Source: Octopus vulgaris
Lineage: Eukaryota
Reading direction: 5' to 3'
Length of the DNA stretch: 64,000 nt
Assembly: GCA_951406725.2 (NCBI GenBank)
Contig: OX597820.1
Span: forward strand, 116,994,001-117,058,000
How positions within the stretch are numbered: the first letter of the stretch is position 1; each line of letters begins with the position of its first letter. This document shows, piece by piece, positions 12,057 through 25,117 of this stretch. The notes below the pieces were generated by a model. The model had not been told where the DNA came from and searched no databases. It saw only the letters and a program-made list of their open reading frames with translations. Position numbers and translations under genes: made by a program.

Positions 12057-13150
12057 AATACCACCGAGTGGCAACTTGGCGAAATCCAATCATTATGAAT
12101 GAAAAACCCAGTTTTGTATCAGATGGACAACTTATTCTTTTGTTTTATATTTACCAAACGGTTAAGCAGTGGACTAAAATAAAGGGGACCTGTTCAAGGG
12201 TATACATCACCATGGCTACAACCAATAACTGAAACCAGTAAAAGAATGCCAGTCTGATAATACAAAGGCTTTGTTTTGTTGTTTTTTTTTGTTTTTTTTT
12301 TCAAAAGGTTCCTGCCTTTTGTCAAGACAAGGTCACATGTCCAAAAATGAATTTTTCACAAGTGATAAATTAAGTAGGCAAAAGAAAGCTTATATAAACT
12401 TGTGTGTTGTTTACAAGATTAATTAGGTTCTGAAGAGGCTAACGATTAAAAGACACTCATGATGTTCACAACAAGAGAAACACACAAAAAAAAAAAAAAA
12501 GAAAAGAAAAGAGAAAAAGGAAGGACAAAAAAAATAATAAAAAAAAAAAGGTAGGGAAACAAAAGTTGTGAGGTAATAACAATGATGACACAACAGGCAG
12601 CTGCTGCTTCTAAGTGGGTTAGAAACATGAAACAGATTGTCTTTTTAAGCAGATTCACTACACACAATAACTAAAAACAAGCAGATTAGCTGAGGAATGT
12701 GGTGGCGGTGGTGGAGAGGGCCGTACCCCACATTTTCTGCCCCCCCTCTTCCCTCTCTCTCTCTCTCACTTGTAAATATGCTATTTTCAAAAGAAATAAA
12801 ACAAGTATATTTTTCAATGAAATAAAAACAAAAAGAAGAAAGAGCAAAGAACAGCCAGGGGGGAGGAAGAGAAGGAGGAGGAGGAAGAAGAGGAGGAGGA
12901 GGAGGAGAGAAGCTGCATTTTGGATTTAAGTGAATGACTTGATAATATATCAATGTTTTTTTGGGGGGGGTTTTTTTAAATGAAGAACAACAATGGAAAG
13001 AGGAAATAAAAACTCTGGTGTTTTATTCCTGTTTGTCTGAGAGAGAGAGAAATGTTTAAATGGACAATGGCATCGCAGCACAGCATCAGCTACCATCATC
13101 TACCAACCACCACCACCACCAGTGCTACTACTACCATTCACTCACAACAA

Positions 13151-13998
<848 letters not shown>

Positions 13999-14687
13999 TC
14001 GTGCGAGTGTTCTATTTTACACGTTACATTCTTTTCCATTCTCAATCTCTTGTTCTTCATTTCTCCCCCTCTTTCGGAGGTCTTACAAATTCAGCAAACT
14101 GGGTTTTGGGGGTTTTTTTTTTTCTCTTTTTTTTTTTAATCTTAACCTTTCTCTAACCCTATTTCATTCCATGCATGTACGTCTGTATATCAGCATGCAC
14201 ACACACACTTACATGCCTTTCTACATGTGCGTGTGTGTGTGTATGTGCATGCATGCGTGAGTTTGTGTGTGAATCATACTGGGCCTACATTCCCAGATGC
14301 GCATGTCTACAGCTTCCCATGTATGTAACTCTCTGTCTGTCCATCTCTGTGTGTCTGCCCACTCTATCTCTCCCTCTCTCTCCCCCATCAACATTCATAC
14401 ACTACATCTGTGGCACTCCAGTACTATCATTTATACTTTTCCCAAACTACACATTCTCCATACATAACACTATCTGTCACCATCTCTATTCGCTGACAAT
14501 TCCTGCTTTCAAGTTTATCCTGAAAGAAGTAAAGTCGGGTGGAGTATCATCTTTCTCCAGCTTCCATTGAGATAAACACTGAATTTATCTACATGCTTAA
14601 AAATTCTTTCTCTCTCTGTCACCCAGTCAGATAGTATGACATGAACAAAACCGGTTTAATTAAACTCATTACATATATATATATAGG

Positions 14688-15046
14688 GGCAGTAGTGGCT
14701 GTGTGGTAAGTAGCTTGCTTACCAACCACATGGTTCTGGGTTCAGTCCCACTGCATGGCACCTTGGACAAGTGTCTTCTACTAAAGCCTTGGGCTGACCA
14801 AAGCTTTGTGAGTGGGTTTGGTAGACGGAAACACATAGATATGTGTGTGTGTTTGTCCCCCCAACATCACTTGACAATCGATGATGATGTGTTTACGTCC
14901 CTGTAACTTAGCGGTTCGACAAAAAGAACCGATAGAATAAGTACAAGGCTTACAAAGAATAAGTCCTGGCAGTCGATTTGCTCGACTAAAGGCGGAGCTC
15001 CAGCATGACCGCAGTCAAAATGACTGACACAAGTAAAAGAATGAAA
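14688..15046 (+). mobile_element. SINE family A
   Basis: Head, core and tail present. Confidence 0.9.
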
Positions 15047-15194
15047 GAATAGTGGACAAGAACCAAACTCAGCCAAAGCACATTCTTGCCCCTCCCCCCA
15101 CAAATCCTCTCCCCCAAAGAAAGGACAAAACCAAAAAGACAATAGAACTCTGTAGAATCAGTGTTGTCTTGCATCTTGCTCATTTCTGTTATAC

Positions 15195-15590
15195 AGGTGC
15201 AGATGTGGCAGTGTGGTAAGAAGGTTGCTTCCCAACTATATGGTTCCGGGTTCAGTCCCACTGCATGGCACTGTGGTCAGCGTGAGGCTTTAGTAGAAGA
15301 CATTTGCCCAAAGCCTTGTGAATGGATTTGGTAGACGGAAACTGAAAGAAGCCTGTTGTATGTGTGCATGCATGAGAGAGAGAGAGAGTGTGTGTGTTCC
15401 ACACCACTGCATGACAACGGGTGTGGGTGTGTTTATGTATAGCAAAAGAGACTGACAGAATAATTATCAAATTTACAAAAAAAAAAAAAAAAAAAAAAAA
15501 ATCACTGGGAGTCAATACATCTGACTAAAAATTCTTGAAGGTGGTGCCCTAGCATGGTCACAGTCTCAGACTGAAACAAGTAAAAGATAG
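15195..15590 (+). mobile_element. SINE family A, diverged
   Basis: Head and tail present; centre rearranged. Confidence 0.8.
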
Positions 15591-15880
15591 ACGCTGAGCG
15601 GATGTAAGTTGTAGGAATTTAGAGAGAAAAGGAAAGAGAGAAAGAAGCGATAATGAAAATGTAAAATCATTATGCCTTGCTATAACTTTTAATTGATTTA
15701 CTCGCATTAATTTCTCAAACACAAAAAAAATCCACACTCTTTGTCGAGAGAGGCTGATCTCATGAGTGTCCTGTATGTATGATGGCAAAAGAATTATTGG
15801 GCCCCAACAGGCAGTAATAACTGCTGCATCATTCAATGCTTCATAAGGTTGGCAGCGAGATGGCAGAAACATTAAAACAC

Positions 15881-16302
15881 AGGCGCAGGAGTTGCTGTGT
15901 GGTAAGTAGCTTGCTAACCAACCACATGGTTCCGGGTTCAGTCCCACTGCCTGGCATCTTGGGCAAGTGTCTTCTGCTATAGCCCCGAGCCGACCAATGC
16001 CTTGTGAGTGGATTTGGTAGACGGAAAATGAAAGAAGCCAGTCATATATATGTATATATATATATATATATGTATGTGTGTATATGTTTGTGTGTCTGTG
16101 TTTGTCCCCCCCAACATCGCTTGACAACCGATGCTGGTGTGTTTACGTCCCCGTCACTTAGCAGTTCGGCAAAAAGAGACCGATAGAATAAGTACTGGGC
16201 TTACAAAAAGAATAAGTCCCGCGGTCGAGTTGCTCAACTAAAGGCGGTGCTCCAGCATGGCCGCAGTCAAATAACTGAAACCAGTAAAAGAGTAAAAGAG
16301 AG
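15881..16302 (+). mobile_element. SINE family A, young full-length copy inserted in a family C SINE (15846-16470)
   Basis: GGCGCAGGAG..GTGTGGTAAG A-box region, GGTTCAGTCCC B-box-like, ATCTTGGGCAAGT core, (TAAAAGAG)n tail; C head before it and C body after it. Confidence 0.92.
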
Positions 16303-16660
16303 ATGAAATGCTTGCCAGCATTTCTTCCGTCTTAACGTTCTGAGTTCAAATTTCGCCAAAGTCAACTTTCGGGGATCGATAAATTAAGTGCCAGTTGCAT
16401 TCTGGGGTTGATCTAACTGACTATCCCCCTCCACCAAAATTTCGGGTCTTGTGCCCAGAGCAGAAAAGACTACCTCACATGGTCACTTCCTGGGGTACAA
16501 CACAATTTGAGAAGGGCAGACGCTTGAGGACTGAAAAGAGGATGCCAAAAGCTTCAAGAGTGACAGAAACAGAGACGTCTCTTAATGACTGGTACTTAAT
16601 CTTCTTTCACTCCTTTCCATACTTTTTGTATGCATTAAAGCAGTCTTATTCTTTTACCAT

Positions 16661-16971
16661 TTACTTATTTACATTATTTACATTTGACGGATATTTGTCC
16701 TCATCTTGTTTGTTGTTAACACAACATTTCGGCTGATGTACCCTCCAGCCTTCATCAGGTGTCTTGGGGAAATTTCGAATCTAGCTTCTCATTACTAAGG
16801 TATTTTTCAATGTTATCATTATTATTATTATTATTATTATTCAGGTCACTAACTGGAATCAAACTCAGAATCTTGGGGTTAGTAGCCCACGCTCTTAACC
16901 ACTACGCCATATGCCCGTGGGCATAATAATGTACATAATTCCTCGTCTCTTAAATATAGAACTGTATTACC
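16661..16971 (-). mobile_element. Non-autonomous Penelope-like/retrozyme-like element: tRNA-like head, (AAT)n, hammerhead, with inverted 3'-end piece
   Basis: Minus strand: A box TGGCGTAGTGG (16909-16899), B-box-like GAGTTTGATTCC (16866-16855), (AAT)n, hammerhead at 16763-16718. 16925-16971 is the element's distal end in the opposite orientation (compare 18201-18245). Confidence 0.75.
16718..16763 (-). ncRNA. Minimal type I hammerhead ribozyme motif
   Basis: GACAC-CUGAUGA-A-GGCUG(GAGGGUACAU)CAGCC-GAAA-UGU-U-GUGUU: core, stem II and stem I all pair. Stem III is AUGU here and ACGU in the sister copy at 18303. Confidence 0.8.
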
Positions 16972-17336
16972 TTTTACTTGTTTCAACCTTTAGACTGTAG
17001 CCATGCTGGAGCACCACCTTTAAGAACAAATCAGCCCTGGTACTTAATTATTTTTAAACCTGGTATTTATTTTATCGGTCTCTTCTGCCAAAATACTAAA
17101 CTACAGGCACATAAACACACCAACACCAATTGTCAAGCAATGGAGTGGGACAAAAACACACACACACACACACATATACAATGTGCTTCTTTCAGTTTCC
17201 ATCTACCAAATCCACTCACAAGGCTTTGGTTGGCTCGAGGCCATAGAAGACATTTGCTTAAAGTGCCATGCAGTGGGACTGAACCCAGAACCATGTTGTT
17301 GGGAAGCAAATTTCTCACCACACAGCTACACCTGCA
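16972..17336 (-). mobile_element. SINE family A, diverged
   Basis: Reverse-complement head, core and tail. Confidence 0.85.
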
Positions 17337-17777
17337 TTTATGTCTGTTGCTTTTTTTTCTCTCCTCCCTCCCCGCCACCAAAAGACCTTTGCAATGCATC
17401 TCACTTTATAACATGAAATCCTCTAATACAAGATTAATTTCCATGTTACAGCAAGATTTGTTAGGAACATGCTATTTCTGTAATGCAAGGGGTTCCTGTA
17501 CTTGCCCTAGGTTCACCATTCAGCTGATATTCTGTAGTGAAATGGACAGGATACTAACTCTACATCACTTTCAGATGATGTGGTTGTCAAGTGCAGATAC
17601 ATACAGAATGTTAATTAAAATATACTAATAATATGTATGGCATGAAACAGAAATTGATTTCTGCTAATTGATGTCATGAAACCAATACCAATTCTTACAA
17701 GCCTCTTTGAGATTTTCTGAAATCTTTACAGTTTGCAAAATTCTAAGAACCAACTACAAATAAACATTACTCTAACC

Positions 17778-17978
17778 CAGTGCTTTTCAAACTTTTTGCT
17801 GGAGCGGAACCCCAAGGAAACATTCCACTGGCTCGAGGAACCCCTGTGCAATAATTTAATAGTCTTATGCACACATATCTGCACAGGAGAATTAAAAATT
17901 ACTGCTGATTTTAGCAGTTTTGTAACTTCTTGTGGAACCCCTGGACTGTACTGGCGGAACCCTGGTTGAAAACCACTG
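17778..17978. mobile_element. hAT (Charlie-like) MITE
   Basis: TIRs CAGTGCTTTTCAAAC ... GGTTGAAAACCACTG; perfect 8-bp TSD CTCTAACC (17770-17777, 17979-17986). Confidence 0.92.
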
Positions 17979-18200
17979 CTCTAACCTCACACTTACATTG
18001 ATTTTACAAAGTGGCTTCTCTTTCTAGCGTCTTCTGTATAAATATATACTTACAGAACCATTGAAGCCCACAGCAGCATGAAAAGAGAGCTCAAAAAGAC
18101 AGCAGCAATAATTAATTGAATATAGTTAACGAGGCAGAACACATTAACACTTTTTTTTTTCTTTTTTTTGGTTAGTGTACTAAGTGACTTGAACTTTAGA

Positions 18201-18367
18201 GGTAATACAGTTCTATATTTGAGAGGTGAGGAATTATTTACATTATTTACATTTGACGGATATTTGTCCTCCTCTTGATGAAGGCTGGAGAGAACATCAG
18301 CTGAAACGTTGTGTTAACAACAAACAAGATAAGGACAAATATCCATCAAATGTAAATAATGTAAATA
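18201..18367 (+). mobile_element. Fold-back fragment of the same hammerhead element as 16661-16971
   Basis: Inverted arms ~18235-18277 and 18325-18367 enclose TGATGA-A-GGCTG...CAGCT-GAAACGTT-GTGTT. Confidence 0.8.
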
Positions 18368-18419
18368 TAGAGATAGTATATAAAAATGTCAGGTTTTTAA
18401 TCATTAAACCTATATAAAT

Positions 18420-18830
18420 AGGCGCAGGAGTGGCTGTGTGGTAAGTAGCTTGCTTACCAACCACAGGGTTCAGTCCCACTGCTTGGCACCTTGGGCAAGT
18501 GTCTTCTACTATAGCCTCGGGCCGACCAAAGCCTTGTGAGTGGATCTGGTAGATGGAAACTGAAAGAAGCCTGTTGTATATATGTATATATATATGTATG
18601 TATATGTTTGTGTGTCTGTGTTTGTCCCCCCCCACCATTCCTTGGCAACCGATGGTGGTGTGTTTACGTCCCGTAACTTAGCGGTTCAGCAAAAGAGACT
18701 GATAGAATAAGTACTAGTCTTACAAAGAATAAGTCCTGGGGGTCGATTTACTCAACTAGAAGGCGGTGCTCCATGATGGTTGCAGTCAAATGACTGAAAC
18801 AAGTAAAAGAGTAAAGAGTAAAGAGAGTAA
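18420..18830 (+). mobile_element. SINE family A
   Basis: Full-length layout. Confidence 0.92.
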
Positions 18831-18969
18831 ATATATTATGCAACTGAGCTGATCAAACTGAGCAGATAACAGTTGGTCAAGATGTTGCTTGTCTACCAAC
18901 ATGTTAGAGTTTGGGGTTCAAGTCTTACAAGACTTGAATTTACTTCTTGTTCTGGTGGATGGTGGTCAA

Positions 18970-19362
18970 TCTCTCTATATATAAAGTTGAAGTTGTCTGT
19001 GTATGGCAGGTTTGGTAGGCTTCAACTAACACTATCTCCTCCGAGATCCTGCGGCGCAAGTTGACCAAAATTGAGGGTATGATAGAAGAAGGCGTGCTCT
19101 TCCTTCCGTAGAAGAAAAAATCCAAATCGGACCATGTTAACACCAAAAATTATTTACATCAAAAAGGTGCTATTTTTTCTATGAAAATCTCTATTATTTA
19201 CGATTTTTTTACTGCTGTGTCGCCATTTTTCGGTGTATTTCAACCAGAAAAATGTTCACTTAAAGAGAATAACAAGCTACATAATGCAAAATTTTTACTT
19301 TTCAAAAATTCCAATTCTAAAGAGTCGAAACAAACCTGAGCAACGCCTGGTGATACTGCTAG
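18970..19362 (+). mobile_element. Non-autonomous Helitron
   Basis: Starts TC after A (ATCTCTCTATATATAAAG); ends with a decayed subterminal hairpin CCTGAGCAACGCCTGG and CTAG before T; no TSD. Confidence 0.78.
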
Positions 19363-19705
19363 TTATTTATAATACCAGTTCAAAAATTAACAGGATTTAA
19401 ACTTGATTTATTACTCCTCTCCTCACAAAATAAAAATCCCTTTTTATCAAACCATTATGACTGCTGTTAGGCTTGTCCACCATTTCACTATTGCAGTGGA
19501 GAAATGTGGTTGCCAAGGTTCTGACAGACCAGGTCACATGATGATGATGATGATGATGATAGAGTTTTCACTAGGATTCTTATTTAACTTATAAGACTAC
19601 CTGTATTAATCAACATGCATACAGGTAGGGGGGAAAGTAAAATACTTTTAATATTTCATCTAACATTAAAGTAAGGCAAAAACAAGGAAAGTTTGAAAAA
19701 ATGCA

Positions 19706-19838
19706 ATATGTATGTATGCATGTGTGTGTGTGTGTGTGTGTGTATGTACGTGTGTATGTATGTATGTATGTATGTATGTATGTATGTATGTGTGTATGCA
19801 TGTGTGTATGTACGTGTGTATGTATGTACGTACGTATG
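19706..19838. repeat. (TG)n/(TATG)n microsatellite
   Basis: Directly visible. Confidence 0.95.
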
Positions 19839-21292
19839 GAGCTTCAGATATTGTTGGTCTTGTTGTAGCTGTAAGGTTTCTTTGATTCGTCCAGAAACAT
19901 TTATCTTTCTGGATTGGCAAACATATTGTTTAAAATTCAGTTTCAATCAACATTCATCAATCAATCTAGCATGAAAGAAACTACAACCACATTCAGTTTC
20001 CTGTTCTTCTAAGAAGTGTTGTAAGAAAATGTTATTAGTAAATAGATTATACAATAAACTAAAGTCGAAGAAGAAAAGGAAAATGTAAAGTGGAGGGAGT
20101 TGGGGGAGGGGTTACGAAAAGGAAAAATAAATATAATAATAATAAAAAACAAAAGAAAATTTCACATGTTTGTTGTAGTCATCAATAATATATTTGAAAC
20201 ATACCCAAGCCTATCCAGAACCTTCGAGTTAGAGAGGGGGGGAAACCTCGTAAGACTTGTTCAAACTGGAAGAAAAGCAACAGAAATTCACAGTTAAATC
20301 AACTGTAGAGGAGGAACAGTTGTGAAAAATCTAAATCTAACATCAAAAGAATCTAAAACTAACATGAAAAGATGTAAAAAAAAAAAAAAAAATAACAAAA
20401 AAAACTCAAGTTTAATAAAGGTCTATTTTGGTCAGGCACAATACCAAATTTAGAAAAACGGTAGAGAGAAATTTAGTCAATTGTAGTACCTCAAATTGTT
20501 AGTATTGTTGTTATCAAAACAGTCCAAAACAATCACTATTTGCAATCAGGTGCATTAAAGGTTGCATCTTTGGAAGCACCTGTTGATACCTGTAATCTCT
20601 GTTTCATTTTGATAACCACAACTTTTCCCTCCCTAAATCAAACAGCAAGTATTCTAGAAACAATTTTTGTTTGATCCATATTTTTGGTCTTAACCACCTA
20701 GAGTGGGCTTCTTTTTTTTATTTTGCTTTTTTTTTTTGTTTTTTTTTTCAAAGAAAATCCTTCAAATATTTACTTTACGTTCACAAACATACTAAGTAAT
20801 CTTACAGCACACACACACACACACACACACAGTTTATTGAAATATAAAACACTTTTTTAAAAGACAGAGTAAAAAACTTTGGGTCAGCGTACCAAGATTG
20901 TTTGCTATGGTCTCTCATCAGGAAACTAAATTTAACAATCTTTTTTCAAAATAGAACTTCTTACACGAGTTTTGCTTCTTTCTACAAAAATTATAAAATA
21001 TTTTACATTCCAATTCTAATTTTGCTATGTAGAGTATGCTACCAATGTCACCAAGTTGAAAAATCTAAAAATCAACATATCACCACCTACATATTTACTT
21101 TATTCAATTGTGGTGTACAAAATATGACACCACACATTATTGCCATGCTTTATTGTTTTAAATGCAATTTTCAGCTTTGTATTTCAGTAACCACACTGCA
21201 TGCATCAATAACTTGTGTTTCTGCAGGAGTACAATTGCTAAATTTATGCCACAGCATATCAAGTCGTTGCAGTTTCTATTTTCAAAAAACTA

Positions 21293-22538
21293 CTGGGTCA
21301 TCCCAAAACTAATGCGTTTTTTTCAATTGCATGAACTAAACGTCGGAGAGGAGTGGGATAAACTACTTGCATCAACTTGTTATAAAAGCATGGAGTAATT
21401 TTACATTGATTTCGTTCTTAGTGCAAGTATTCAAGAGTGCAGTTCGATTTTAACAGTTATTTTTTCAAAGCTATAATGGAAGTGACAAAGGAGCACATTC
21501 GGCATATTTTGCTTTATGAATTCAATAAGGGCAACAACACAATGGAAAGTGCAAGGAATATTAATGCAGTATATGGGGATTGGACAATAAGCGTAAGCCA
21601 GTGTCAATGGTGGTTCCAGAAATTCCCAGCCAGAAACTACAGCCTAGAAGACAAGCCTCGTGCTGGAAGATCTGTAGACCTCAACAAGGATGTCCTGCAA
21701 ACCCTGGTGGAACAAAATCCCATTATAACTGTTGAGGAACTAGCAGAGAAGCTTGGATTGGTCATTCAACCATTCATCTGCGTGCCATTGGAAAAGTCAG
21801 TAAATTGGGTCAATGGGTTCCTCACAAATTTTCCAAGTGCAATCATGCACTTTAAGTGAATGTGTGCTCTTCTATGCTGTCGCATTTCATGAATGAACCT
21901 TTTTTGGACTGAACAGTGACAGGTGCCGAAGACAGTGGGTAGGGAAAGGAGAAACACTGGTACCCCTGGCTAAAGAAGGTCTTCACCCACATAAGGTGTT
22001 GTTACCTGTTTGGTGGTATATGAAAAGTTTAGTCCACTTTGAACTTTTAAACCCAAACCAAACGATAACAGAGGAGATCTGCTGTGAGCAGCTTGAGTGG
22101 CTTGAGTTAGTGCTAGAAGGGAAAATGACCATCTTTGGTTTCAAGATGAAAGGTGTTCTTCCATCAGGATAATGCTCGGCCACATACAGCAAGGATGACA
22201 TTCCAAAGGCTGGAACAGTTTGAATGGGAAACGATACCCTACCCACCATATTCGCTGGACATTGCCCCATCTGATTATCATTTATTCTGTAGTCTTCAAA
22301 ATCATTTGGATGGTAAAAATACGAATTCTGTAGAGAGGTCAGAACAGTTCTGGAGGAGTATTTTTCATCATGGACAAGTGAATTTTGGAAGAGGAGCCTT
22401 GCAAATCTACCAGAGAGATGGAAGAGCATTGTATAAAATGAAGGGGAGAATATTTTAGATTAAAAAAGAACTTTGTTTATCTTAATTTTGAAAAATAAAT
22501 AATTATAAAAAAACTGCATTATTTATGGGATGACCCAT
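21293..22538 (+). mobile_element. Full-length mariner (DD34D-type) transposon, inactive
   Basis: ~30-bp TIRs (C/A)TGGGTCATCCCA.AA.TAATGC..TTTTT, TA on both sides (21291-21292, 22539-22540), about 1.25 kb. Confidence 0.93.
21476..22463 (+). pseudogene. Mariner transposase pseudogene (frameshifted)
   Basis: MEVTKEHIRHILLYEF...WFQKF..LEDKPRAGR (HTH region), FHQDNARPH and YPPYSLDIAPSDYHLF catalytic motifs, split over several frames. Confidence 0.92.
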
Positions 22539-22664
22539 TATATAGGCCATACACAGCCTCATGAACAGATTTGGTAAATGGAAACTAGAAGCCCATCGTG
22601 TGTGTGTGTGTGACATTTTATTTTATCTTATCCCAATAGCTGGAAAATAATGTTTACTTTAACA

Positions 22665-23032
22665 TACTCTTACTCTTTACTCTATTACTTGTTTCAGTCA
22701 TTTGACTGCGGCCATGCTGGAGCACCGCCTTTAATCGAGCAAATCGACCCCAGTACTTATTCTATCGGTCTCTTTTGCTGAACTGCTAAGTAACGGGGAC
22801 ATAAACAAGCAATGCTAGGGGAACAAACACAGACACACAAACACACACACACGCATATATATACATATATATGACGGGCTTCTTTCAGTTTCCGTCTACC
22901 AAATCCACTCACAAGGCTTTGGTCGACCTGAGGCTTAGTAGAAGACACTTGCCCAAGGTGCCACGCAGTGGGACTGAACCCGGAACCATGTGGTTGGTAA
23001 ACAAGCTACTTACCACACAGCCACTCCCGCGC
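22665..23032 (-). mobile_element. SINE family A
   Basis: Reverse-complement copy with small internal deletions. Confidence 0.9.
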
Positions 23033-23686
23033 CATACGAAAAATATTTTATTTTTTCTTCAAATATTGTCCCACAAAAGAAAAGAGTTGCTTTATATTCA
23101 AGTCCATAAGAGACCTTTAAAAATAGGAGACTCTGTAAAGACTTGAACAGAAGACATTTTCCTCTCTTGCTTTTTGAAGAGTGTTAAAGAAAGAATTTTG
23201 GGAAAAAAAATATTCCCAAGTTTACATGCCATCCTGATTGAAGAGTTACATAACCAAAAACATTGTCTAATCATTTTATTTTCAGCATAAAAATGTTTGG
23301 TAATGAACCACAACTCAATTTATCAGACATGGTTGTGTCAGTTGTCAAGAAAGAATTCTTCTCTATCATTTTTTTATAAACACTCAAATATTTGTTGAAT
23401 CTTAAATCTTCTGTTACTCTATTTCATCATCATCATATAACATCCGCTTTCCATGCCGGCATGGGTTGGATGGTTTGGCTTGAGCCGGTAAGGTCAGAGG
23501 TCACATGAGACTCCAATGACCACTTTGGTATGGTTTCTATGGTTACGTGCCCTTCCCATCACTAATCACTCTACAGAATGTAATGGGTGCTTTTTATGTG
23601 GCACCAGCACCAACAGGGTCATCGAGTAATTTTCAAGACAAAAAAAATCCCTTGGGAGTAATAGTAGGAGGTTGGTGTCAGTTGCC

Positions 23687-24298
23687 GAGAGATGAGAGGA
23701 AGAGATGGAAAGGGGTAGGTGAGAGATGAGATTTATAGATGGACAGGGGTAGGTGAGAGATGAGAGGCATAGATAGACAGGGGTAGGTGAGAGATGAGAG
23801 GCATAGATGGACAGGGGTAGGTGAGAGATGAGAGGAATAGCTGGATAGGGGTAGGTGAGAGATGAGAGGAATAGATGGACAGGGGTAGGTGAGAGATGAG
23901 AGGAATAGATGGACAGGGGTAGGTGAGAGATGAGAGGAATAGATGGATAGGGGTAGGTGAGAGATGAGAGGAATAGATGGACAGGGGTAGGTGAGAGATG
24001 AGAGGAATAGATGGACAGGGGTAGGTGAGAGATGAGATTTATAGATGGACAGGGGTAGGTGAGAGATGAGATTTATAGATGGACAGGGGTAGGTGAGAGA
24101 TGAGATTTATAGATGGACAGGGGTAGGTGAGAGATGAGATTTATAGATGGACAGGGGTAGGTGAGAGATGAGAGGAATAGATGGACAGGTGTAGGTGAGA
24201 GATGAGAGGAATAGATGGATAGGGGTAGGTGAGAGATGAGAGGCATAGATGGACAGGGGTAGGTGAGAGATGAGATTTATGGATGGACAGGGGTAGGT
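23687..24298. repeat. 34-bp purine-rich minisatellite, ~18 copies
   Basis: Unit GTGAGAGATGAGA(GGA/GGC/TTT)ATAGATGGA(C/T)AGGGGTAG; period 34 (e.g. 23821, 23855). Confidence 0.95.
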
Positions 24299-25041
24299 GT
24301 TCTGCTGACAATAATTTTTTAAAATAATGAATTATTTAGTAAAGTAACTGTCATTAATAAGCTGATGTTTGGAATATAAATTCCCATGAATACAGACTAA
24401 CATGGAATTTTGATGGAAGCTTTTAATTTGGATCAGATCAAATAAAAGCAAGTTTGTATCATAAAACAAAGGGAAATCTCAAGGAAATTTGGTATCAGAA
24501 AACTATCCCTTTACGCTTGTATGGGCAAACTAAAACAATGAACTGAGATCAAGAGAAATCTATACCAGAGTTTGAAGGTCACCAAATCATCATCAAAAGG
24601 TAAGTCATACAACGAGAAGCAAAGTAAAAGATCTTCCATCATTCACCTCACAGAATGTCTTTTATTGATTACATTAAATTCTGCCAGGATTGAAATTCTG
24701 AACAGCAAATTACTTTAAACAGGGCTTCACTCACTCACTCTCACTCTCTCTCTCTCTCACACACACACACACAAGAAAATGAGCAATACATTAAATTCCA
24801 CTGTTGGAATGAAAATTTATTATTAAATTGAATTTATAACTGACAAAGCAAGGCTCTAAGAACAACCGAGTTGCTTCTACTTATTTTAGAGAAAATTAGT
24901 TTTCGGTATAAGCAAGTCTAGAAACTTCCTAAAGAATTTAGTATTTGCTGGAGTATATAAACCAACAATGCTCTGGTTATTTTCCATTAATTTGGGTAAA
25001 AGGTATTTTATTTCTTCGTGTTCTTCCTTCCAATAAGTACT

Positions 25042-25117
25042 ATCAGTCAAGCTGAACATTCTCTAAGAAGACCACATTTTAATATGGTGTTCTTAGAGAA
25101 TGTTCAGCTAGAATGAT
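25042..25117. repeat. 76-nt near-perfect palindrome
   Basis: 20 consecutive perfect pairs (25050-25069 with 25090-25109), extendable to ~37 positions with 4 mismatches. Confidence 0.9.
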
